Source: Octopus sinensis (taxonomy: Eukaryota). Taken from it: DNA of 64,000 nucleotides. The DNA lies in assembly GCF_006345805.1 (NCBI RefSeq), contig NC_042997.1, forward strand, positions 212,660,001 to 212,724,000. The letters run 5' to 3'. The stretch's first letter is position 1. Every line of letters starts with the position of its first letter. The notes below the pieces were generated by a model that searched no databases, was not told the DNA's origin, and saw only the letters and a list, made by a program, of their open reading frames with translations. Of this stretch, positions 50,670 to 60,759 are shown piece by piece. Made by a program: the position numbers and the translations under genes.

Positions 50670-51952
50670 TCATGTCATCCCATAAGTTCTGTCCGATTTT
50701 ACCGTTTTTTAAAATTGAATGAAATTTAATAGTATTTTAGAATGTCTAATGCAATTAAAAATTATTTTTATGCATTTGTGTACATTTAAACTAATTAAAT
50801 ATTATTTTACAGAATAATAGAATTAAAATTTATTTGATTAAAACCCTATGGAAGTATCCAAAGAGCATTTAAGGCACATAATGCTTTATGAGTACAAAAA
50901 AAGGGAAACTCTGCAGCCGAAGCGACTCGAAACATACACTCAGTTTATGGGAAAGAATGCTTGAATGAAAGAACTTGTAGAAGATGGTTTGCAAAATTCA
51001 GAAGTGGAGATTTCAGCCTTGAAGATGAAGATCGAACAGGACATCCAGTTGAGTTTGATGATAAGCTCCTTGAGGAATTACTTGAAGAAAATCCTGCATT
51101 ATCAGTTGAAGAATTGGCAATAAAGCTTAGTTCAAACCATACAACTGTTCATCGTCATCTTCAACAACTTGGAAAGGTTCCTAAACTTGGAAAATGAATG
51201 CTTCATGAATTGTCTGAAAGCATCCGCAAATCCCGAGTTGACATCTGCTCTTCTCTCCATTCTCGTGAACTCATTTCACCCTTTTTGGATAGACTTGTGG
51301 CTGGTGACAAAAAATGGATCTTCTATCGAAATGTTAAATGTCGTAAACAGTGGCTTGGTAAAAGGGAAAAAGCTCAACCACAACTGAGAAGGGAACTTCA
51401 TGGGAAAAAGGTTCTTCTCTCTATCTGGTGGGATTGCAAAGGAGTAATTCACTTTGAATTGTTACCACCTAATGCAACAATCAATGCTCAAGTCTACTGT
51501 CAGCAATTAGAGCGTTTGAACCAAGCTTTGAAGAAAAAAGACCCGCTTCAGTGAATCAAAAAAGAGTGATGTTTCATCAGGACAATGCGCGACCCCACAC
51601 TGCAAAGATCACATCACAGAAGATTGAAGAGCTTGGTTGGGAAAAAATTCCTCATCCACCTTATTCTCCCGACCTTGCTCCTTCAGACTACCATTTGTTT
51701 CGTAGTTTACAGAATCATTTGGGGGACATAACTTTTGCAAGCCAGGAGGAGGTCGAAACTGACATTTCAGAGTTTTTCACTCTGAAGCCAAAAGAGTTTT
51801 ACATTGATGGGATTAAAAAGCTTGTAAATAGATGGAAGGAAGTCATAGATAATCAGGGAAAGTACATTGATGATTAAATTTCAATTGAGTATAACATTTG
51901 ATCACTTGTTTTGTTTATTCAAAATTCAGACAGAACTTATGGGATGACCTGA
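50670..51952 (+). mobile_element. Full-length mariner transposon (1283 bp)
   Basis: TA TSD (50668-69, 51953-54); TIR TCA(T/G)GTCATCCCATAAGTTCTGTC. Confidence 0.95.
50848..51877 (+). pseudogene. Mariner D,D34D transposase, 3 lesions
   Basis: MEVSKEHLRHIMLYEY..HTH..GDKKW..HQDNARPH(34)YSPDLAPSDY. Lesions: +1 A in an A-run (~50897), TGA in the WVPHEL motif (51195) and -1 A in an A-run (~51537). Confidence 0.93.
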
Positions 51953-52039
51953 TATAAGCTAAGTACAAATTTATAGAGGTACAAAATTTAGGTTTATCTA
52001 AAGGCAATTATAAAGTATTAAAAAGTAATTAAAAAGTAC

Positions 52040-52690
52040 AAAGATCAGTGGGGACAGGCAGTCCCCTTAGAAGATGCCTTTCCTTATTTCTATTGTCCCT
52101 AATCTTCTTCCATATGCTGTCAGTTCTATTCCTCCACTTTGCCATATTTTTTCCAAGCACTCATTCGACATTCGATGCAATACCAAATAGGTTCATTCAT
52201 TCCATAATCCAAGAATGTGGGATCATATCATACACCTTATGATAATCAATCCATGTCATGGCTAAGTTACTTTTCCTCCTCTTGCAGTCTCTAAGTACAG
52301 TTTTGTCTACCAGGAGTTGATCCTTGGTACCTCTGCACTTATGCTTGCAACCCTTCTGCTCATGTGGCAGGACTCCAATTTTTACCAGATGTCCATATAT
52401 GGACTCTGCAACTATTCCTGTCAATACTTTCCACATAAGTGGCAAGCAGGATATTGGCCTGTAATTGTCTACCGTATTGCCTTTTACGATGTTTTTCAAG
52501 CCCAGCACTGTCCTACCCAATATCAACCTCTCTGCCTTGATCAAATTATTTGTTTCTGTGATGTTGTTTGTTCTGATGTATTTCAGAATTTCATTCACAT
52601 TTTTTGTTTCTTTGTTCAGTTTTCCACCTCGTAACCCTTTTAAGGCTGTAAATAATGTCGCCATCATTCTCCTGTAGCCTTGCCTATTAT
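52040..52690 (-). mobile_element. R4/Dong-like non-LTR RT fragment
   Basis: [59 protein letters not shown]. Confidence 0.85.
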
Positions 52691-52746
52691 TATCCTTATT
52701 GATATTAATATGTATTTTGAAAGTATTTGCAAAGCTGTCTTTAATA

Positions 52747-53600
52747 TCATCATCATCATCATCATCGTTTAATGTCTGCTTTCCATACTAGCACGGGTTG
52801 GACGGTTCAACTGGGGTCTGGGAAGCCAGGGGCTGCACCAGGCTCCAGTCTGATCTGGCAGTGTTTCTACAGCTGGATGCCCTTCCTAATGCCAACCACT
52901 CCGCGAGTGTAGTGGGTGCTTTTTAGGTGCCACCAGCACAGGGGCGAGAGGAGGCTGGCAAATGGCCACGATCAGTTGGTGCGTTTTATGTGTTACCGCC
53001 ACGGACGCCAGTCAGGCGGCACTGGCATCAGCCACGTTCGGATGGTGCTTTTCACGTGCCACCGGCATGGGTATCTTAACTGCAATTTCCATTTGATTTT
53101 TATTTTGATGTTGGTGTTAACGTACTTGACTCAATAGGTCTCCTCAAGAACAGCGGGTCACTCTACGATCCAAGGTTAGCACAGCAGGACGTCCTGCAAG
53201 CCATGAACTCACTTCATTTGTTGGGTCTTCGAAGCCACAGCATATCTCCAGAGGTCTCGGTCTTTTGTATTACCTTTGTGAGGCCCAACATACAAAGGTC
53301 ATGCTTGACCACCTCATCCCATGTCTTTCTGGGTCTACCTCTACCCCAGATTCCTTCAAATGTTTGGGAGTGGCACTTCTTCACACATCTCTCCTCATCC
53401 ATCTGTAGTACATGACCATACCAACGCAAACATCTCTCTTGCATGCCACATCCAATGCTTCTTATGTCCAACATTTCTCTCAGGGTGCTTACACTCTGTC
53501 ATGCATGGACACTGACATTACACATCCAGCGGATCATGGTAGCTTCATTTCTTTCAAGCCTACACATGTCCTCTGCAGTTACAGCCCATGTTTCACTGCC
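52747..53600 (-). mobile_element. RTE 3' end (ORF C-terminus plus 3' UTR)
   Basis: LRWYGHVLQMDEERCVKKC..GRGRPRKTWDEVVKHDL followed by UTR modules and (CAT)n. Confidence 0.88.
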
Positions 53601-53690
53601 ATGGAGATTGGCAGTTCACACTGCCATACGTACATACATACATGCATACATACATACATACATACATACATACATACATACATACATACA

Positions 53691-53726
<36 letters not shown>

Positions 53727-53936
53727 TAAATATATATATATATATAAAAAAGAATAAATTGTTGAAGAATTCATTAAGCGTGAGGAACATATACGCTTTA
53801 TCAATGAAGATTGTGAATAAAAAATTATTTTAAAATTTTATATTTTAAAATTAATTTTATGTATTGGCTTATGTTTTTCACTGTTTGGTTTGCCTAATGG
53901 TGGTTTTATCTCTAATTTAATATAATATATTATATA

Positions 53937-54150
53937 TAGTTTATCCAAACATGAAAACACAAAGAGAAAGCACAACAACGCGGGGACGTGGAACAAGTAC
54001 AGTGTTATTGGATGCTCAGGAAAGGAAAGAAAGAAGGAGGATTTAACGTTTTGAGCATAGCTCTTCATCAGAAACATAGGAAAAGGAAAGATCCAAAGAA
54101 GGGAACACGAAGGAAAAAAAATCGCCAACGGTATACATGCGGTCACATTT
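53937..54150 (-). mobile_element. Penelope-like short element with minimal hammerhead (54041-54075)
   Basis: Minus strand GTTT-CTGATGA-A-GAGC-TAT-GCTC-AAAACGTT-AAAT (single core change G12>A); homolog of 32835-33050. Confidence 0.7.
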
Positions 54151-54197
54151 TGAAATATATATATATATATTTTCATTTCATTTCATTTAACGTCATA

Positions 54198-54244
<47 letters not shown>

Positions 54245-54545
54245 GTATATATAAGCATTATGATCGTCGTTGCCGGGTCATAGTGCTAGTGTATGTATAT
54301 ATGTATATATATATAAGCATTATGATCGTCGTTGCCGGGTCATAGTGCTAGTGCATGTATATATGTATATATATATAAGCATTATGATCGTCGTTGCCGG
54401 GTCATAGTGCTAGTGTATGTATATATGTATATATATATAAGCATTATGTCGTCGTTGCCGGGTCATAGTGCTAGTGCATGTATATATGTATATATATATA
54501 AGCATTATGATCGTCGTTGCCGGGTCATAGTGCTAGTGCATGTAT
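54245..54545 (+). repeat. 62-bp tandem repeat x5 with Helitron-like 3' end
   Basis: Unit (TA)n-AGCATTATGATCGTCGTTGCCGGGTCATAGTGCTAGT; AAGC anchors at 54253, 54315, 54377, 54439 and 54500. Confidence 0.9.
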
Positions 54546-56320
54546 CATCATCATCATCATCATCATTTAACGTCCGCTTTCCATGCTAGCATGGGTTGGA
54601 CGGTTCAACTGGGGTCTGGGGAGCCCGAAAGCTGCACCAGTCCAGTCAGATCTGGCAGTGTTTCTACAGCTGGATGCCCTTCCTAACGCCAACCACTCCG
54701 AGAGTGTAGTGGGTGATTTTATGTGCCACCGACACAGGTGCCAGACGAGGCTGACAAACGGCCACGCTCGGATGGTGTTTTTATGTGCTACCGACACAGG
54801 TGCCAGACGAGGGCACGCTCGGATGGTGTTTTTATGTGCTACGACACAGGTGCCAGACGAGGCTGGCAGACGGCCACGCAGGATGATGGTGTTTTTATGT
54901 GCCACCGACACAGGTGCCAGACGAGGCTGGCAGACGGCCACGCTCGGATGGTGTTTTTATGTGCCACCGACACAGGTGCAGACGAGGCTGGCAGACGGCC
55001 ACGCTCGGATGGTGTTTTTATGTGCCACCGACACAGGTGCCAGATGAGGCTGGCAAACGGCCACGATCGGATGGTGCTTGTTACGTGCCCACAGCACGGA
55101 GGCCAGTCGATGCGGTACTGGCCACGGCACGTTCGGATGGTTTTCTTATATGCCACGTGCCACCGGCACTGGTACCACAAGATACAAATTCCATTGATGT
55201 TCATCTATTTTGATTTGTTTTGATTTGATTTGATTTGATTTTCACTTGCCTCAACAGGTCTTCACAAGTGTCACAAGAAGGAAGGTATGCACAGGTGGAC
55301 TGACTACGTCCCAGGTAGGGGCCATGGGTTATGGCCTGACTAGTCTTGCCGGGTCTTCGGATGGTGTTTTTATGTGCCACCGACACAGGTGCTAGATGAG
55401 GCTGGCGAACGGCCACGATCGGATGGTGTGTTGTCATGTGCCCACCGCACTGACTACGGCACTGATGGATTTCTTGTGTGCCACAGGCACTGGTACCACA
55501 AGATACAAATTCCATTGATGTTCATCTATTTTGTCTATTGATTTGATTTGATTTGATTTGATTGATTTGATTGATTTTCATTGCCTCAACCGGTCTTCAC
55601 AAGTGTCACAAGAAGGAAGGAAGGTATGCACAGGTGGACTGACTAGTCTTACCGGGTCTTCGGAAGGTGTTTTTATGTGCCACCGACACAGGTGCCAGAT
55701 GAGGCTGGCGAACGGCCATGATCGGATGGTGTTTGTTACGTGCCCACAGCACGGAGGCCGGTCGATGCGGAACTGGCTACGGCCACGTTCGGATGGTTCT
55801 CATGTGTGCCACCGGCACTGGTACCACAAAGTGTGTGCCACCGGCACTGGATGGTCTCATGTGTGCCACCGGCACTGGTACCACAAAGTGTGTGCCACCG
55901 GCACTGGTACCACAAAGATACAGATTCCATTGATGTTCATCTATTTTGATTTGTTTTGATTTGATTTTCACTTGCCTCAACAGGTCTTCACAAGTGTCAC
56001 AAGAAGGAAGGTATGCACAGGTGGACTGACTACGTCCCAGGTAGGGGCCATGGGTTATGGCCTGACTAGTCTTGCCGGGTCTTCGGATGGTTTTTTATGT
56101 GCCACCGACACAGGTGCTAGATGAGGCTGGCGAACGGCCACGATCGGATGGTGTTTGTCATGTGCCCACAGAACGGAGGCCAGTCGATGCGGTACTGGCT
56201 ACGGCCACTTTCGGATGGTTTTCTCTTGTGTGCCACCGGCACTGGTACCACAAAGATACAAATTCCATTGATGTTCATCTATTTTGATTTGTTTTGATTT
56301 GATTTTGATTTTTTGATTTT
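54546..56320 (-). mobile_element. Expanded RTE 3' UTR: short-module tandem plus ~300-420-bp macro-units x4
   Basis: ~45-50-bp modules at 54715-55010; macro-units start near 55006, 55358, 55661 and 56084. Confidence 0.85.
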
Positions 56321-56353
56321 TGATGTGTACATATATTGAATCGAAAAAAAAAA

Positions 56354-56563
56354 CTCAAAGAAGGTAAAAGCTCATCGATTTTGTACCAACACGCCGAACA
56401 AGAACACGGGGGATCAATCAATAACATAGAAATTAAAATATTATCCACACATAGATCAGATGCAACAATTAGATAAATTACAGAAGCTACACACATAATA
56501 GAAAATAAACCTAGCCTGAATAGAAAACTAGAATGGAGCACTAACACACACCACAACATATGA
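56354..56563 (+). pseudogene. Penelope-like element GIY-YIG endonuclease C-terminal relic
   Basis: KSSSILYQHAEQEHGGSINNIEIKILSTHRSDATIR*ITEATHIIENKPSLNRKLEW matches the H...H..IL..R.I.EA..I...P.LN.K.EW pattern of PLE ORF ends. Confidence 0.65.
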
Positions 56564-56607
56564 CGATAGAGGATCCTGAAAATATAATAAATACACAGAT
56601 AAATAAA

Positions 56608-56652
<45 letters not shown>

Positions 56653-57267
56653 CGATTCAATTTATTATTATTATTACTAGTATTGTTGTTATACATACAT
56701 ACATACATACATACAATCATATGTAATAATAATAATGGGTGGATGTAAACACATGAACAAAAAAAAGAATAAACAAAAACAACAAAAACAAAAAACAAAA
56801 TACAAAATACAAATTACATGAACATATATAAACAGAAGATACAAATATTACAGACATCCCCCACATACACACACTAAATAAACATAAACGCACATAGAGA
56901 TATAAGCATGCGCAAATGAAGACATACAATAGAAATACAAAATGGCTGACGGTTAGTAAGGAGAGACACAAATAAGTAAGAAGAAAACAAAGGACCACTG
57001 ATGCGGTCACAGGAGTGTGATGAAAGAACTCTGGCCGAAATAAGATTAAGATTAATGTAAAAAATAAATAACACTGAAGCAAAGTAACACCAAATATATA
57101 GTGCGTGTGTTTTTATTGGCTAAACTGGCAAAATGACCATTCCGAAATATAACAATATCTGTTTCAACACACGACTTCACATAAAAAATCTTGCACAACA
57201 AATATTTAAACGTACTATATATATATATAAATAAATGAAAGAATGGAGTTGAACGACGATTTAACAA

Positions 57268-57370
57268 AATTCCTTTATTCTCGACATATGTTTCGAAGAC
57301 TGCATATTCCTAATTTCGAAGGAATAAGGGGTGCATTATGCCGCCTTCTCATCAGGAAAGACAAGGAACT
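57268..57370 (-). ncRNA. Extended type I hammerhead ribozyme, core intact
   Basis: Minus strand: stem I (4 bp + 3x3 loop + 8 bp), CTGATGA, stem II GAAGGC.GCATA/TATGC.GTCTTC, GAAAC-ATAT-GTC; predicted cut between 57283 and 57282. Confidence 0.8.
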
Positions 57371-57397
57371 TATGTCAGCATCATGATGAACAAAAAC

Positions 57398-57462
57398 TTT
57401 TAGATGACTGCCCACATGGAGTCCATAGTGATAATGGACTCCGTGTGGGCAGTCATCTAAAA
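57398..57462. other. 29-bp hairpin, 7-nt loop
   Basis: TTTTAGATGACTGCCCACATGGAGTCCAT-AGTGATA-ATGGACTCCGTGTGGGCAGTCATCTAAAA; one T-G pair. Confidence 0.9.
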
Positions 57463-57584
57463 AAAACACACAAATTTCCACACGAAAGCACGTGATCTCT
57501 GCCCTTGGCAAGTAGCTTCAACCGTGTTTTTCTGATGTGAATTTGCTAACCGAATTACCCATACTAGGATAATTCATTCAACTA

Positions 57585-57632
<48 letters not shown>

Positions 57633-58379
57633 TGTATGTATGAAATTATGTATGTAAGTATGTATGCAAATTTGTCTCAGTAAACAAAGTTTGACAAGAA
57701 AGATATGTTTAAGTGTAACTATGTACCTCTTTAAACATTTTATTACATTCAGGAATCCTCACTCCCAAAACGAGATATTTGATAGATTAAACACACATCT
57801 GACTCTTTGTTTACACACACACACACATACACACACACATTCTTTTCCCTCTGTTGATATTCACTGTAAAATACTTTTGCTACTTGTTTTGTGTGTCACA
57901 CACCAAATATTTGTCAGTTGATATTCACTGATGCTTAAAAATTGATATTCATAGCCGTGCAAACAAAGAAAAAGCACCTGAGATGAGATAAGTATCTTCC
58001 TGATTACCATATTTTTGGTTTATTGATGTTCTCAGCTGAATGGGTGGACTCACAAGGTTTGTTTGGTAAAGTTTTATTGTGAGACACCTGGTTGACTAAT
58101 TGCTAAAGAGTTTGTGTTCACAATGAAAGACACGACAACAAACATTCTCCGTATAGAGATCGTTGTTGAACTGTTGCCATGGATAACTGCCAAATGGATG
58201 CAAACAAATATTCTGGTGATTCAAGCAAACCATTCATCATCATCATCATCATCATCGTTTAATGTCTGCTTTCTATGCTGGCATGGGTTGGCTGGTTTGA
58301 CTGGGGACTGGCAAGCCACAAGGCTGCGCCAGGTTCTAATCTGATCTGGCAAGGTTTCTACAGTCTACTTTCAAGTGTT

Positions 58380-59310
58380 GGACCTCATAGAGGCAAAGTG
58401 ACTGAGCTCCTTTTGAGCATTGGGCCTCATGGAGGCAAAGTGGTTGAGTTCCTTTTGAGTGATGGGCCTCACGGAGGCAATGACCAAGACCTTTGGCATT
58501 ATATCGTGCTTGAGAAGACCCATCATGCTGAGTAAAATCAGTCATTTTCAGATACTGGTGTCATGCAAATGACACCCATACCAGTGGCATGTAAAAACCA
58601 GCCATTACACTTTCAGAGTGTTTGGCATGAGGAAGGGCTTCCAGCTGTAGAAAACCGTGCCATGCACTGGTATGGTCATGTGATGCATATGGACGAGGAG
58701 AGCTGAGTAAAGAAGTGCTGATCTCCAACTGTGGAGGGAACCTGTGGTGGAGGTAGACCCAGGAAGACTTGGGATGAGGTGGTGAAGCATGATCTTCGAA
58801 CTTTGGACCTCACAGGGGCAATGATTGTCCTTTGGCAATATACTGTGCTTGAGAAGACCTGTCAATCCAAGTGAAATCGTAGTCATGGCCAATGTTGGTG
58901 TCACATATGTGGGAGCTGTGCCAGTGGCATGTAAACGACACCTCTCAAGCATGGGCCCTCATGGAGGCAAAGTGGCTGATGCTGGTAGCATGTGAAAAGC
59001 ATCATTCAAGTGTTGGACCTCATGGAGGCAATTAAAGAGACCTTTGGTATTATATCATGCTTGGAAAGAAGACCCATGAAGCCAAGGACAATCACAGTTG
59101 TGGCAGTTATTAGCGTCACACAAAATGCATTTGTGCTTGTGGCACGACACTCTACAGAGTGGTTGGCATTAGGAAGGGCATCCAATTGTAGAAAACCATG
59201 CCAAGTCAGACTCGATTCTGCTGCAGCCTTCCAGCTTGCCAGCCCTGGTCAAACTGTCCAACCCATGCCAGTATGGACAACGGACGTTAAAGGATGATGA
59301 TGATGATGGT
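58380..59310 (+). mobile_element. RTE 3' end (ORF C-terminus plus complete 3' UTR)
   Basis: WYGHVMHMDEES..GRPRKTWDEVVKHDLRTL (58660-58830), then modules, GGAAGGGCATCC block and (GAT)n. An opposite-strand fragment lies at 58240-58370. Confidence 0.85.
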
Positions 59311-59537
59311 ATATTTGTAATCGCTAAATTTGTGAGTAGATGGTCCCACTTGTATCAATGATACTCAAATATAAATGATTTTATTTAGTTCATATTATAA
59401 TGAATGTTACAATATATTATATTATAATGAATGTACTACAATAGTTTCTCATAGACTTTAAAGGCAGCCTGCATCTATGTAGCTCCTTTCTCTCTTGCCC
59501 CACTGCCATAATTTTCGATTGAAACATACATGAATTC

Positions 59538-60201
59538 CACCACCACCACCACCACCACCACCACCACCACAACCACCACCACCACCACCACACCACCAAC
59601 CACCACCACCACCACCACCACCACCACCACCACCACCACCACAACCACCACAACCACCACCACCACCACCACCACCACCACCACCACCACCACCACCACC
59701 ACCCACCACACCACCACAACCACCACCACCACCACCACCACCACAACCACCACAACCACCACCACCACCACCACCACCACCACCACCACAACCACCACAA
59801 CCACCACAACCACCACCACCACCACCACCACCACCACAACCACCACCACCACAACCACCACCACCACCACAACCACCACCACCACCACACCACAACCACA
59901 ACCACCACACCACCACCACCACCACCACCACCACCACCACCACCACCACCACAACCACCACCACCACCACACAACCACCACAACCACCACAACCACCACC
60001 ACCACCACCACCACCACCACCACCACAACCACCACAACCACCACAACCACACCACCACCACCACCACCACCACAACCACCACCACCACAACACCACCACA
60101 ACCACCACCACCACCACAACCACAACCACCACAACCACCACCACACCACCACACCACCACCACACCACCACCACCACAACACCACCACCACCACCACCAC
60201 C

Positions 60202-60232
<31 letters not shown>

Positions 60233-60330
60233 CCATCACCAGCACCACCACCACCACCACCAGCACCACCAGCACCACCACCAGCACCACCACCACCACC
60301 ACCACCACCGCCGCCACCACCACCCAGCAA
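59538..60330. repeat. (ACC)n / ACCACA array ~800 bp
   Basis: Direct observation. Confidence 0.95.
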
Positions 60331-60759
60331 CTCATTTTGCCCTCCCACTTGTTCTTTATATATAAATATGATATTTGGTCGTGTTCTCTCCTGCCACCTC
60401 ATACTTGTATGCATGCCAGGGCATAAGAGCCGTATGCATATATGCATATACATGTGTGTATATCTGTGGGATGAATATATATGTGTGTATTTGATTAAAT
60501 ATATGGATATTGAAGCCTTGCTATGTTTCCACCTTATCTTCTCTTCTGGATAACCCGAAGCCCCAACTCCTTCCCTTCTCTCCTCTTTGACACCATAGCT
60601 GGTGTATGAGATTGAAGAAATTTTGATTCATTGATTAAATTAGCTCTGTACTAGAGTCTTCTGCTAGCTGGGAGGTACTTAAACGAATCTTCTTTTCAGG
60701 TGCTGCAAACTGTTCTACTATGGTCTTCCCGTTCTTCCTTCCAAGTCCACAATTCCAGT

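Noticed and set aside
54715-55010. CRISPR-like repeat/spacer appearance of the ~45-50-bp modules
   Set aside because: The intervening sequences are themselves repeated rather than unique, the context is eukaryotic LINE UTR, and there are no cas genes.
56990-57060. Plus-strand hammerhead CTGATGC-GGTCA..TGGCC-GAAA downstream of the PLE ORF
   Set aside because: Stem II can pair, but A9 is C and no stem I or convincing stem III forms; at best a dead relic.
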